From positions 19,034,001-19,098,000 of the forward strand of contig NC_047064.1 in the NCBI RefSeq assembly GCF_902459465.1: a DNA stretch of 64,000 nucleotides. The letters run 5' to 3'. Of this stretch, positions 13,059-27,579 are shown in pieces (position 1 is the first letter of the stretch; each line of letters begins with the position of its first letter). The translations under genes and the position numbers were made by a program. The stretch comes from Asterias rubens. Taxonomy: Eukaryota. Below the pieces are notes generated by a model. That model saw only the letters and a program-made list of their open reading frames with translations, had not been told where the DNA came from and searched no databases.

Positions 13059-13480
13059 GTACTCTGCATCAATAAGATGCTCCCTACCCTACACAACGTC
13101 TGGTGGGGTATGATTCACCACGTCAGATATTATTCAATCATTATACCTTGCTGCTTTTTTTATACCCCACTCCTGTATACGGTGACGTGGAGCACATCTC
13201 CTCTCGTGTAATGGCTTGCAGGTAATAGGGTGAGCAAATCTGCATCCTCTTATGACAATCTGCCGGCTCAGCATAAGTGACAAGAGCTTGACCATCTCCA
13301 CTCTCATGGGGGTCAGTTTTTCATCTCTCGCAATCCATCCACTACCCATCTCCCGTACTGAGTGCACCACGATAGCTAGAAACACTTACGGACTTGAAGC
13401 TGAGCGAACCGGCGTCTTAATATGGATGTAACAACAGCATTTTTACGGCATCCGGAGTCGGGAGGTTTTGACAGGTGAGT
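12590..13480. promoter_or_regulatory. CpG-rich region with a (CT)n tract and a strong plus-strand splice donor; possible promoter or first exon
   Basis: CpG enrichment relative to flanks; ACAG|GTGAGT at 13475; no recognisable protein. Confidence 0.35.
13005..13054. repeat. (CT)n microsatellite
   Basis: Direct reading. Confidence 0.95.
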
Positions 13481-16339
13481 ATAAATAACATGAGGAATTC
13501 GTAGATGATTTTAATCATTGTCTATTTAAAAAAAAAAAAACGAACGCGGCGAGCAATGAGGCAGATGCGATTGCGTCTGATCTCTGTTTGTGTACTGTGT
13601 GGTGTGTTGGAATGGATGTGTATGAGTTTGGCTAATATTTATATATTACGCCTTGGCTATGACTACCTTATCAGTTCTCCTGCCATTATTTTATAATGTG
13701 AAAGTATTCTTGTTCATAGTATGCAGAAAGCTGCACGCAGTATTTAAGTACACCTTGTGATTTTTTTTGTCCGGACAGGCATGCAAATACAGTACGGTTG
13801 GCTCGTGCCTTTTAGCTTATTGTTATTTTGAAGGTCTGTGTATATGCAACTGATCGTAGAATTGTTTTGGGTTTTCTTGTCATCCTCGTGGTCTCTTCCC
13901 TGACAATCTTTAAGGTATAGTTCAATTCAGGGTTATTATACTGTAGTTATGCTGTGAGTTGATCGTGACAGTAATAGAAAACACGTGAATTGTTTTTGGC
14001 GGGAACTTTCGATGACTAACAAAGAACCTCACCATCAAATGAAACCATCAGGCTAAAACTGGCCTGAAACTAAACAATAATACTTTTACGATTTTATCGC
14101 CAGTTTGGGGAGTTAACAGCCCTTAAACCAAGCTTATTTGTGACAATGGTATAAAGCTTCATAAATTAATAATCATCTGCTCAACAAAAAAAAAATGGGA
14201 AGGTTCAATGCATTTTTTTTTTCTAAGGTAATTTGGCGCCCGTGGACGCATGGGCCATTGTACGCGGACTGTGCATTAATATAAATTAAGAAGTGTATTG
14301 TGTGCGGTCATGGCAGAAAAGAGAAAGGGCCCCATTTATGCCATTGTAGTTTAAAGAGTTGATGCTTTTACAAAGAAAAGGAGAAAACTCCACCACCGGC
14401 TGCAGCAGTGTTCTTCTGGAAAATTGAACATTTCCAATGCATTTGTATTCTAAGTGGACGGGGGGGGGGTGCTATTTATACGTAAATGTGTGAGAACGAA
14501 TTCACTCTGCGTCGCGTGGCCCGGGGCGGAATGGTCCTCAGTTTGAAAGGGAATAGTACAATGTTTTTTTGTTCGAAGTAGAAGGAATAAAATCGGCACG
14601 CGAGACTGGCGACAGTTTTGAATCACGTGGTTACCTTTTTTTCACAAGTCCGGTTATTTTTTTTCTTTTCTCAAGCTTCCACCACCCCTACTTTTTCCTT
14701 TCTTCTCTTGTTTCCTCCTCGAGGCTTGACAAGTTTGTTTGTGCTTTGGATTTGGGAAAAGTAGTAGCTCTGGGTTGGTTGTGATTAATAGCCCCTTTAT
14801 TTTTCCGCTCGGTCTGTGAGCCCTCTGATGATAGCGAAGGAAGTATGGATTGTGTGGTATAGTGTTTGCTTTCCAGTTTGTGGGAGAAATCTTTCAAAGG
14901 TGTGATTTGTTAAGTTCAAGACGTATAGCTCAAATTGAGGGATTTATTTTATACATACCTGTGATAATGTCCACTTGTACCTTTGCGAAATCTTCGAATC
15001 CTGCGATGTATAACAAACCAGATTATTAGCATCAACGAAGACAAGTTTGTAGAAGAAGCTGGCCTTGCAATTTACAACGAAAAACCTAATTTAAAATGTT
15101 TTAATTGTTTAGACTTAAAGTAGCCCTTTAACACCATGCTGCACAATCTAAAATGTATGATCTGGGGTAAGTTTGTTTCTGTGTACAATATGAAAAATCT
15201 CTTCATGTCAAGTGTATCAATTGTTTTGGTGTTTTGTTCGTTAATTGTTAAAGTGTTTGGGTGTTTGTTTCTTTGTTTGTTTTTGGGTTTTTTGTTTGTT
15301 TGTTTGAGTTTTTTGTCCTCAAACCAGTTTCATGATTTCAATACAATAATAATAATAATAGTAGTAGTTAGTAGGTATTTGAATGCGCCAAATCAATCTT
15401 TACAGATGTTCAAGGCGCAATCAGAGACAATGTAAACACAACAATACATGTACATATCCAGTGAATGCTAATCAAACAATAATAGTAACACCATTTGAAA
15501 ATAAACCGTTTACGTCGTTCTGTTTCAACTTATAAACTGATTGTGCAACTCATGCAGTGTGTATAGCCTACGGTTTTTTTTAGTGATTAGATTTGATTAT
15601 CTACAAAAACGTGGTCATCAGCATAGAAGCATTTTCGTTTAAGATTTTGTTATAAGGCAAGCCATGAAATTCAGCTGGTACTATTGAAGTGTTAAGGTTT
15701 CATCATTTTACGAGCAAAAAAAAAATACCCAACAGTAAGCTGGAGTGGACACAAACAATGGATGCCATCTTGAAACTTCTGGTAACCATTTTGTACAACT
15801 GAGAATGTTTGATTGATGTTTAAGAATTGTGTGTGGATTTAGCAGTTTCAATCTTGGTCCGTGCATCCATTGTCTGAAGTTGCTATGGCTGGGCAGAGAT
15901 TTCTTCTGAAATATTCTCTTCAGATTTTGGAAGACCTCTTGAGTTGTCGCCGGTTGATTACATGTCCTTCGGAAGTTTCATTCTTCATTCAGAACTTTCA
16001 CCCCACACCATTTAGAACGGGAGTCCGCTGTATCACCTCTTGAAACATTCTTGTGAGGGAAATGCCTACAAAGGTAAAGCGAAACTGTTTGTTGATGATG
16101 GACGCCTGTTATCCCTTAATCCGTCTAATCTGCATTCATCCAATCACCTTCGATGGTATTATCGCGTGTATACTTTTATGTAAGTCGCATTTTTTTGTTT
16201 TCTCAGGAACCACGTATAAAAAAAACGTATATTTTGTTTATATTTGGTTTGCGGTAACACCATATGCCAGGTAGAGTTTATTCTCTAGTGACATATTTTA
16301 CTACCGCGAAGTAGATTTTTTCGGATTGTTTTTCTTCTA

Positions 16340-16830
16340 ATCTGTTCATAGCACAACCGCCCGAGCCTCGCCCTTTCAACACGTGACCGTTGAACTTCTA
16401 AAGGTCGCAAATATAGCGCGCCACCAACGTCGGCAATCTACAAACACATTCAGCTCAAAGACTACTAACCCCCCCCCCCCTCATATTACACCGAACTCTT
16501 TCTCACTACGTTCTGGGGGGAAAATAGTCTTTGTGCAAGACTTTGTTATTCGATCCCCGCTCGCTCCCTTCCTCGCCGCGCACATCACTACAGCCTTGCA
16601 ACAAGACTACATTATATTATTTTCAGAACGTTGTAAGAACGAGTTCTAAGGACAGATCGTTTAATGATATGCATACGACCTTTTCGAGACGCGTGGCAGC
16701 GTTCTTTATGATGAGACCGAACTAGCGAGCACTCCCTCCCCGTAATATCGCCCGGTCATTCCGCTCCGATACTCCCGTTACTTACTTATTTGTCGCGCGC
16801 TGATGCTGCTTGATGGAAAAGTGCAACCGC
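16340..16830. promoter_or_regulatory. CpG-rich non-repetitive island, candidate cis-regulatory element
   Basis: Many CG dinucleotides, E-box CACGTG, and CAACCGCCCGA repeated at about 16354 and 16824. Confidence 0.3.
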
Positions 16831-19570
16831 CCGACGAATATTATTATTCTGGCTTTGTGAACCTCGAATATCTATAACGTTTTGTCACTTTGTAGTGGCT
16901 TATATTATTTGGTTTTGCCATTTAGCTGTTCGGTTGTTTCTCTGGATTGCTAATGTAAGATGGCAAAAACATGATGGTTTTTACCTTTGAGTGATATTGT
17001 TTTGTTGCGTCATTTTAGCTGTTTTGTTAGTTCTTTGGTTTTCTGAAAAAAAAATTGCAGGTGGTTTTTACCCTTTGTAATTTGCACAAAAATATCTTGA
17101 TGAGAGTAATGCCTATTTTATTTCCATTTATTTTAAGTCTTCGGACAATATACAATCATCACAACAAGCAGAGGCCGTTCAGGGAAAGGCAAAAAAAAAA
17201 AAAAAAAATCATCAAAAAAAATACGTGCCCTCCCAGACCTTAAATGCTATCTCTGTATTGACCAAACACTTTCTGATGTTTTTCATCACTTGCTTAACAA
17301 AAAATGAGTAATTCACAAGTTGAAAGTCTTAATATGAAAACGCTTTGGTTGTTCATTGGATTAAAACCGCGGTTTTCTCAGAACCAATACAAACATCAAA
17401 GTATAGAAATAACAATTTTGTAGAGTGACTGGTTTCCCTAAAAAATCATTATTTTGTCGGTAGAAAAAAATACTAAAGACTGTTAAATCCCACTGGGACA
17501 GAAGACTGTCTCTTCCTCTTTATAAAGATCCCGCATTTCCTATAAATCACCAGGGTAACCCATCATCCAGTTTATCTTATTAAATTTGCACGTTCGCTCC
17601 TTTTAACTTTATAGTAGAAATGTATGCATTAGGGACAGCAGCATATACAGGCCTAATATAATAGCGGTTCGGTCAGCATCAATGGCACGTTTTCATACAT
17701 CTCGAACACGATCGCAACGAATGGCTTTCATGTTTATGTGAGATGTAGAACACTTTTACTGGTCACTCCGAGTCATGAAAACATGTTTTCATGTTACGCA
17801 AATTTTGTTTCTATGATGTATTCAAGGTATCGAGTTTATTCGCTTCAATTTTTAACATTGGTATGGATGGACGTCTGAAAAAAGAAAGCATAAAAGGGTC
17901 TTGTCTGAGAGCATTAGGGAGGAATTACGTTATTTTGACTACCCGGGTCCTATAGGTGAGCTTCAATCATTTCCGGGTCAGGATCACCCGAGTGGAAAGC
18001 GAGGTTTAACTTTCTTTTCTGTGTAATTTTGAACCATTTCTGAGTCATTCTGATCCGGGTCAATTCTGACCCCAAAGTGTTTAGAGAGAAAGTACCCAGA
18101 GAAATGTCGATCTCATACAAGAACACCTGTCACTAGCCGTTTCCAATCACAAACGCACAGTATATTCGCCAGACTCTGCCTCTTCTTGATTCAAAAAGAG
18201 TAAGCATACCAGTACTTTACTAAGAAACGGGTCAGGTCTCCAAGGGGATCCGGGTCAATTCTGACCCCGAACTGTTCAGATTGAAGGTACCTGCAGAAGT
18301 AGATAGATATCAGTCAACAACCCTAGCTGTTTCCATTTCCAACAAGGCGCCGTATTTTGATAAAATTAAAGTACATAATAATATAAGTATCACATTTTTA
18401 AGGCTGTGCATTATCTTGATTTAAAGACAATGAAGCACAGCAGTACCAGTATGTTGACCCAGAACTGTGGACCATTGTTGTTTTCTTTACTTCAAAGAGA
18501 GTAAATATACTGGTATACACAAGAGGTTTTTTGTGTTGTTGTTTTTTGACGTCATCTATGATGTGAACCGCGGAAAAAGATAACAACGTGTTGCACACTA
18601 CATCAACATCAACATTGTGTGATTTTCTGACCTTCTAAACATGCGTTTCATGACATTTATCAATTGTACCAGGATGTAATCATAACAATTTTCTGTACTT
18701 CTTCGTGTTTTGTTATTTTTTTGTATTTCTTGCTGGACTTGTTTTTAAAAGTCGATGTTATTCTTATAAATGCATACGAAAGTGTTGTGTTTACATAATA
18801 TTGTTTTCCTGCAAACATTCGCTTGCGACAGTGATTGTATTTATTTCTTTTTATTACATAAAACAAATATTTCTATACATCTATGTTTTCAATCGTGGCC
18901 CGTGTTTTTCACCAATCAGCCCACACTTGACTCCTGCAAGATGATTTGACCGAATAATATAATTGTACCAAACAAATAAGCAGAAAAAACAGAGCTGTTA
19001 ACATTTTCAAATAACAATTAAACCCGCATTTCATTCCACAGGCCACTGCGTTTAGTAAACGCTTAAAGCTATAAATGACGTCACTTCACCGCACAGATTA
19101 CATCAATGCCGCGTATAGCGACAAAACAAAAAATCATGATAAATTATTTTCATACAGATATTTATGACAAGTGCACAACGCAAAATAGAACAGCCCAGGA
19201 CAGATGTAAATATAACCACACAACAATAATACGACAAAATGTCAAAGGTTGTCAATTCATCTGAATGTTTGTATTTTAACTGTATCGTTAACTTCTTCTA
19301 CCCCATTCGAAAGCAGGAGCTCACGGCGGTGAGGTTTTCAAGTCAACAAAACAAAAAACGAATTATCGAAAACTGATATTTATAGCGAGAAATAAATTCC
19401 AGTGGACAACAGTCCTGCAGCTGAAAGCGGGGAAATTCTTTAGATGGAAATTGAAAAGATCTAATAGAGGAGAAGGGCTTTTCTCTCGAGGCAGTAAAAA
19501 TATACTGCAGTCCTCTAAATACGGATCTGAGAATAGCTTAATGGTGGATGTTTTAAAGAAAAAAAATGCT

Positions 19571-19952
19571 TTAAAGGCATTTAACATAATTGGTATAACT
19601 ACTCGAAATAATTGTTAGCATAAAAACTTACTTGGAATGAGCAATGGAGAGCTGTTGATAGTATATTGTGAGAAACGGCTCCTTCTGAAGTAACGTAGTT
19701 TTTAAGAAAGAAGTAATTTCTACCTAAAACATTTGAATTGATTTCGAGACGTCAGCTGAGATCTCGAATTCAAGCATCTGAAGCACACAACTTGTGCGAC
19801 AAGAATGTTTTTTTCTTCAGTTATTCTCTCGCAACTTCGAGGACCAATTGAGTTCAAATTTCCACAGGTTTGTTATTTTATGCATTTGTTGAGATACACC
19901 AAGTGACTACTGGTCTTTGACAATAAGTACCAAAGGTGTCCAGTGCCTATAA
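19571..19952. mobile_element. Family A MITE, diverged full length
   Basis: TTAAAGGCAT... to GGTGTCCAGTGCCTATAA, with the shared internal core. Confidence 0.8.
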
Positions 19953-20962
19953 GTGGTCCATTTGGAATGCATGTGGGTTATACCGCGCATCCTTTCTATT
20001 TGATGTAATTTTTATAAATCTTTTTATCTTCTCCATTTTTGGAGGTTTTGAGAAAAGAAATTGTTTTTATAGAAGCTTATGCACTCTCTTGCAATAGATC
20101 AGATCAATACCCAAGGTTGACCACGTGTGCTTTTTGAATTATGGACGACACTATGATGTCAATGTGGCAAGAGGATAGGGCGTTTTTCGAAACCACAGAT
20201 TGAACCGGGTCTCAACTTAGGTTCCACCAGCGATTGTAAAAGTGTGCGGTATTTTGTTTTTTCGTTTTCTTACTTCATTTCATTCATTCATTCTGTTAGT
20301 GAATTGAACCAGATGACTCACAGAAAAGCTAACTAAATCACGGTATTCGCCAATAACACCATGACTAGAAGACAATGAATTAGGTTTCAATGTGCCTTTT
20401 GGGCGTGGTGTCTATATAAGCTTGCAGAGGGAGCCTATGGTGCAGCCGAACCCGCACGGTACCGGTAATGTTTGCTACAACATTGAATGTGTATATCACA
20501 ACTTTATCAAAGTCTGTTAGCAGAGTAAACTTGCTTTTAAAACAAGATCAGGCGTTAATGCTGATAATCCTTATGGATCTGTGTGTACACGAGCTTTACT
20601 TGTAGATTAACATTATTCATTGGTTTCAAGACGACGTTTTTCTTTACTCCACTATTGTTACATAACAGTTCCTGTGCAAATATGTGTTTCCTATGGAGAG
20701 GTGAATTCATGAATGAGTTTCACCTTTGAGGCGTGTGAATGAATTTCATCAGAATATTATGCAGGGGATTAATGCTATATTATAATATAAGCTTTAATTA
20801 GCTATGGTTGTGAACATGATATTATACGGGCCCCGTGACGAGCATATGGCGAACGCATCGTGCTACAACGAAACGCACGCGAACAGGTTTCATAACCAAG
20901 GCCGTGATGAAATGTGAAGTTATGGCGAAAATCATCACCCATGTGAAAAGTTGTCATATGGT

Positions 20963-21267
20963 TTAAAGGCACTGGACAAGTTGTGTCAGGGCCAAAGACC
21001 AGTATCGTCATTTGGTCTATCCCAACATACTAAGCATAAAATAATAAACCTGTGAACATTTGGGCTCAATTTGTCATCGAAGTTACAAATTAATAATGAA
21101 AGAACAAACACCCTTGTTGCACAAAGTTGTGTGCTTTCAGATGCATAATGAAAGGCTTCAGGCCTGAAGTATCTTATTATTTGAGTGAGAAATTCACCTA
21201 TTTTTCAAAAACTATGTTACTTCAGAATGTTTCTTACTATCAATAGCTATCCATAGTTACCAAGTCG
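20963..21267. mobile_element. Family A MITE, diverged and truncated
   Basis: TTAAAGGCACTGGACA start and the GCATAAAATAATAAACCTGTGAA core. Confidence 0.7.
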
Positions 21268-21629
21268 TTGAGCTCCCCGTATAGGTTTTACCTATTCAAA
21301 TAGAACTTGGGTTTTTTTGTAAATACTTTGTTTGTGTCAAAAGAATGTTGCATAAAGTAAGACCTCAATTGGCTTTGTACGATGGCCTATTTCTTGATAC
21401 TCCATTAAAGAAGTGGTTACGGACCATTGAGAGGGGCAGCCTTGTAGTGACGTATAGAACTAGTTTGAGATTTGTTGGCGATTCCTTGGTGGGTACAAAA
21501 TGGAATTTCAAGTAGTTTATTTTTTGAGTCACGTAGGCTCCTGTTGACAGCTTTTTTGTGGGTTATTTCACCCAGGTATAGCATGCTTTGTTATCCCAGC
21601 AGGTTTTAAATCTTGTTTAGTATGATAGT

Positions 21630-22021
21630 TTAAAGGTACTTGACACCTTTTGCTAAATTGTCAAAGACCAGTATTCTCAATGGTATATTCCAAGCTATGC
21701 GTATAACAACAAACCTGTGAACATTTTGACTCAATTGGTCATTGAAGTTGCAAGAGAATATGACAGAAAAAAACACCCTTGTTGCACAATGTGTGTTTCA
21801 GATGCATAATAAAAGGCTTCAGGCCTGAAGTTTTTGATAATTTGAGTCAGAAACTACCTCTTTGTCAAAAACTACGTTACTTATGGATCCGTTTCTCACA
21901 ATGGGTTGTATGATATCAACAGCTCTCTCCATTGCTTGTATACCAAGTAAGTTCTTGCATATAATTTTGAGCATGCTCAAAATTATATGGAGTAATTACC
22001 ACTAGTGTCCAGTGCCTTTAA
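21630..22021. mobile_element. Family A MITE, diverged full length
   Basis: TTAAAGGTACTTGACAC ... AATTACCACTAGTGTCCAGTGCCT|TTAA. Confidence 0.8.
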
Positions 22022-23613
22022 ACCACTGCTCGTTATTCATGTTTGATTGATGGACAAAACCAATGATTATTGTTTGTGTGATTTTTTTTTCTTCATGTTG
22101 GGTTTTTTGGGAACCTTTTACCACAACGCACCCTGTTTCTCCGTAAACATAAGCTTTGCTTTTCTTGAAGCTCATTATGTCAACATGCCCCATGGCGTGT
22201 GTTTCTTTTACACATCAAAAGAAATGGAACACACGTTTTTACACCAAAACTCCCCCCCCCCCCCCCCCCAGTCAATACACTGTATTTCAAGCGTACACAA
22301 ATCCATCATTTACCCTTAAGAATACACAAAGTTAAAAGAGCAACCACTGTAACGCATGCTCAGTGGAATGCCCATCATGTGATCTGACCATGTATCTGCT
22401 CAGACAATTTATGCGCAAGCCCAGGATGCTCTGTTATTAGAAACAACTTGTTGCTGGTACCATGGTATCCATACTGTTTCACCCCATTGACATTCCTTAT
22501 CTGGGAAGGAAAGCAGCACATGATGTTTTTTTTCCGTAAAGCATTATGCAGTTCATGTGAGTATTATGACGTCATTGGCTTATTATAGCCAACCCCAAAT
22601 ATCAAGTATCGGGGTGTTTGTGTGGTACTTTGTTGCCCTTTTGTATCTGTTGACTAGGAGCTGCTCGAAGGAATTCTATCGCATCATAAGCTCATTTTAG
22701 ACAAGAACATAACAGGTTCCGGTTAATTCAGGGTTTAAGCTGCGCGTAATGTTGTGCTGTTTATACTCCGTGTGATTAAGTGTTGCTGGTACTTTTAACT
22801 TCAGTTACTCACCCTTTCACAGTAAACCAGGATCTGTCGTCTAATCATAATTGTATTTTCGTGTTACAGAAGGTTCGGAATGTCTGGATTTTTGACTGGA
22901 CGAAGAAAATAGCCCAACGCATCGACTCAAGATCGTCTTCTAGTCTGGCTTACTTCATTGTTTCTTATTACTCCTTATCGTTCCCGCGCCCAGCTGCCAT
23001 TTTGAAAAATTGCTGGACGGAGAACTGATAAGGGCTTATGGGAACACCTTACACTCGTTGGACTCTAGAGCATCGACAGGCTTCTGCAGAGAGGTTTTTA
23101 CTCGTGAGGTTTAGTAGCTAAACCATAGTCAGTTCTAGGCACTATTCTTTTCATAATTATTTCTGGGTAAAAAAACAAAATTAATATAATTATTTATGTC
23201 AATTAAGGTGTTATATCCATCCTTCTCGTCAAACGCAGACTTATGTCGTCATATAATAATATTACAACCCACTTTTGCCGATTTAAATACAATATAATAA
23301 ATAGTTTTACTGTAATATTGCCAAATAACCTATCTGTTATTCTTGTTTGAATATATTGGGAAGAACTATCAAATGTGACGTCATTGTGACGCAGTAGGCC
23401 TTTGTTAAACATGGTTAACCTAGCATTGTCTGTCTGTGAAACAAACAAAACATTTTTACAAAAAATTGCTGTGTGTAATGCATGATTTTGAATTTAACAA
23501 CATTGAAACCAATAGGGGAGTGGTTAGACTTATGGGCTTTAGCTAGCACCTTACCATCATCATTGAAAATGTTTGCCTTTACTCGAATTATTTAGCCTAA
23601 AATGTGTGTTTCG

Positions 23614-23823
23614 TACAAAAGCCCATTAGTGCCATCTTTATTTATACTTTCAATGCATGCATTTGTATTTTCAATACATTTATTTATATTTCCAATACAT
23701 CTATATATATTTTCATGTGTTGAAAATATAAATAGATGTATTGAAAATATAAATAGATGTATTGAACATATAAATGCATGCATTGAAAATTATAAATAAA
23801 TATGGCACTAATGGGCTTTCGTA
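23614..23823. mobile_element. Fold-back MITE with internal 21-bp AT-rich repeats
   Basis: TACAAAAGCCCATTAGTGCCAT / ATGGCACTAATGGGCTTTCGTA TIRs; the interior is also inverted. Confidence 0.78.
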
Positions 23824-24073
23824 GTTTCGTACTAGACAGCATTATACACTGAGTATTCACACTATTCAAGCATCCTATATGGTGCAGTACTATAATATAC
23901 TGGGCGAATTCACTATGTTGCATGCTTCATGCATATTATATTCCACTCTGACACAGCACGTCACTTAGTATTGGATTAAGCTTCAATGCCACTCTACACA
24001 ATACATGCAGGTGTTGCGCGTAAGCCAATGTGTCACTTTGAATGTAGCCAACTTATCTGACCTATAATTACTC

Positions 24074-24454
24074 TTAAAGGCCTAGACATGTTAGTGGAAA
24101 TTATTGTCAGGACAAGTGTTCTTATTTGGTGTATCCAAACTTAGGCATTAAATAACAAACATGTGAAAATTTGGGCTCAATTGGTCATCGAAGTTGCAAT
24201 AGAATAATGAACGAAAAAAACATCATTGTTGCACATAATTAAATTATGTGTGCCTTCAGATGCAAGGCTTCAGCTAAAGTCTTATTATTTGAGTGAGAAC
24301 TATTTACCTTGTTCGAAAAAACTACGTTACTTCAGAGGGAGCCGTTTCTCACAATGTGTTATACAATCAACAGCTCTCTATTGCTCGTTACCAAGTAAGT
24401 TTTTGTGCTGTAACAATTATTTTGAGTATAACCAACGGTGTCCAGTGCCTTTAA
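24074..24454. mobile_element. Family A MITE, diverged full length
   Basis: TTAAAGGCCTAGACA ... GGTGTCCAGTGCCT|TTAA. Confidence 0.8.
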
Positions 24455-25697
24455 GCACATTGGTAAAAAAAGACCCCCCCCCCACCCCCTCTCTCTCTCC
24501 ATTCTACTTTTAGAACTGCGTCTAATTCCCACTCGTCATTACGATTGATATCTGGTAAGGTTTTATCAGATAAAAACAAACTTGCATATTGATACCTGTT
24601 TTGTATTCTAGCAAGCATAACCAGTGCGCAGCTGTGGTTGTCTCAATTTTAATCATAGCCTGTCTAGTTACTACTAGACAACTTGAGACGAGAACCACTT
24701 TACAGTAAGGCGATCGCGATTGCTGAAAAAAAAAAAAAAACGGTGTGGCTTTTGAATGTATTAATTTTGATTTATCATGTCGGTTTCACAGTGTTCGTTG
24801 GAATTGCAGCATCAGTAAGTGTTTTGTGCAATCTATAAATACACGACTTATTATTATTTAATTTTTTTATTAACATTCTTTTTTATTTCTTAACAATAAA
24901 CCGCTGGAAGTCATTCTCGAATCAAATTTGTCCAATATTATTGATGTTTAAAAAAATAGCCAAGCCTAGTTTTCAGATCATTGTTTTTTTAAACCAATGG
25001 AAATCAGAACTTTTTGACAGAACAGCCATATTGTTGTACCTTTTATGCAATCTTCGACAATATTACAGACCTTTCTATTGCAACGTCACAGCCCAAATTT
25101 CTGCCAGCCTACAGGTTGGAAAACTATGGAAAGCCATAAAATGCAAGTTGGTAGAAATGTTACACATAATTCAATTGAATATGTTGATTTTTTGTTTTGG
25201 AAACAACTCAACAAATCAAAACATATATTTCAGCTCATGAATCCATACAGAAAATGTTGAATTTGGTCACAACTTTTGTTTAATTGATTGATTGTTTTCC
25301 AAAACATTTACAATGGAGAGGTTCACAACAAGAGGCTTGGAAAAATATATACAGTCTGAGCCCTTTTAATACAACAATAATTAGTATTCATTATATGCTA
25401 TCGCATGCTGGGTACGCGACACAGTTGCTGTCGTCAGCGACGGTGGTTGGCATAATTGCACTAGAAATAATATGTCACAGAATAATAAGCTCATAGTGGA
25501 CAACAAGACAATACACACATCGCTTAGCCATTTTCCTCTGTCACGCCTTACCAAGGCCGCCATCTTGAAGTTATGCTCCTATATTATGCACACAAAATGC
25601 CTGTAATATATCATCATGGTACACTGGCGTTTAGCCAAATAAAAATAAAAACATGTTTAGTGTTCTCACCCGCTTCCTTTGTAGAAGCCGCTTGTCG

Positions 25698-25722
25698 TTG
25701 TTGTTGTTGTTGTTGTTGTTGT
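25698..25722. repeat. (TTG)n microsatellite
   Basis: Direct reading. Confidence 0.9.
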
Positions 25723-26602
25723 TTTTTATGCCTTTTCCCCAAAACAAAACCCCAATGTTTTCGCGAACAAAATGCAATGTTTTAATGATCTCAACAACAT
25801 AATTATTTCGAAAAATAGCCCAGCCGTTTGTATTAAAACATGTGTCAGGCTGCCACTCAAAAACACAAATGGCCCTCCTTCTTTTCTTTTCTTTCAAAAA
25901 GGGAAGACGCTAAACATTTTTTTATTTTGCGTTATTCTGGTTCCACATGGGTGAACAGAATTACTAATGCGGGTATCCACTATACACGCAGTGTTGAGAG
26001 ACTGACCTTAAGCTTTAACTGTGTATGCAATATATATGAATAATAATATATTATCAAAATTACATAAAATGATATGAAAATGATACGTGTAGAAAATGTT
26101 GTATATGGCAGGAATTATCTCAAAAAATGTGTCCCTTTTGTGGCTGCACACTGTGTCGTTGTAAACAATGGTTGCCTCTTCGAATAAATAATTGTATTTA
26201 TATTGTAAATAATTGTGTTTATATTGCAGTGAGTCATAACAATGTATGTTGTATTCAGTTTGTTCATCCAAGTCCCGTGCCCTTTTCGAAAGCCGCAGCT
26301 AGGGCTCATCGGCTTAGGCTTTCCATGTCCAATCCCCGTACCAAAAGTGCATACGTTTCCAAATCGACTGAGTGAAACCTAAGCTGGAACTATAAGCCAA
26401 AGTCGTGGTATCGAAAAGGGCCGTAGTTTAAGGATTCACCAAATTGAGGCAGGAACAAATAGTCGGGTATCTAATTAGTATGATGGATGGGGGACAATAT
26501 TTCACACAAGGTACCAGACAAAAGATGGTGGCAGTGCTAACCATACCTGCTGCATCAATATGTTTGCAAAAGATGGACAGAGCCTGGGCTTCCTGCAACC
26601 TG

Positions 26603-26784
26603 GGCCCAGTTTCATAAAAGCTGTTTAGCAGAAGATACTGCTTGACAATTCTCTTTGCTCGGCAAAAATTGAGTGGGGAACCAGTCACAACAATGTCAAG
26701 TTAATATAATTTGGGCTTCTAACCTGTTTCTGTTAAGCAATCATTTTCTGTACTTATCGCGTTTTGTTCTTATACAATTGGTCC
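26603..26784. mobile_element. CWG-TSD MITE (PIF/Harbinger-like, family B)
   Basis: CTG|GGCCCAGTTTCATA ... TATACAATTGGTCC|CTG. Related copies or ends at about 7146-7419, 7549-7811, 10045-10190, 44240-44334, 46205-46232 and 47979-48060. Confidence 0.7.
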
Positions 26785-27579
26785 CTGCATGTTTTGAGAA
26801 CTAATATTTATGGTGTGACCTGCCAGCTCTAACCTTCTTCACCGGAACCAACGTGTAGCATGGTAGCGTAAAAACATAAACCCGTATATGTTTTCAAGAT
26901 AAACGGCTTGATTATTTACAGATTATACTGTTTTTTCTTTGTACACCGATGATAAGACAATCCACTCTGCCATTGGCAACAGGGAATCTTATCTATTTTT
27001 AAAGAGACTTTGATCGTCGTTATCGACTCATTATTCAACGATCTCAAGCTGGTGACTTTTTGCCCTCTGATGCTTTGAGATGATAGATGCGTTCCAATAA
27101 CATTAACGTCTGCCAACACAATTAAATTGATGTTATTTAACACCATGTTGGATTGGTTTTTGTGTTGTTCTTTTGTTTTGTTGTTGTTGGGGTGTATTAA
27201 CTTGTCAACACATTGTAGTCAACTTTAACGCCCCAGTTTTTGCAGTGTACCTTTATGCCCCAAAAGTATCTGTTCGACTGGCAGCCCTACAATGAACAAA
27301 GATTACAAACATTTCTGAAGAGTATGAATGGATATAAAGAAAATCCCTGTCAATCTAAAGACCATTGTCATTTTTTGGCTCGCCAACAAGTATGTAAAAA
27401 GGTAGTGCCATATCACATTATTTGAAATTCAAAAGGGCACGCACATTGTCAACGGAATTTAACATGAAAAGAAAAAGTACATAAATTCCGGTTAGCATAA
27501 AAACTTACTCACTAAGAGAACTTTGCCCTTTTTTGAGATGGTGGAAAGGGGTGCACTAGTTTGGTTTGGCTCGGTGTGT

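Noticed and set aside
12559-13385. ORFs of 61-89 aa in the CpG-rich region
   Set aside because: No recognisable domain and no consistent splice chain; GC richness alone explains the open frames.
18398-18500. Hydrophobic short frames (GPQFWVNILVLLCFIVFKSR on minus; YQYVDPELWTIVVFF on plus)
   Set aside because: Both strands are equally plausible, there are no partner exons and no recognised homology.
23592-23923. Overlapping ORFs with SIHLFIF repeats
   Set aside because: Derived from the 21-bp repeats of a fold-back MITE.
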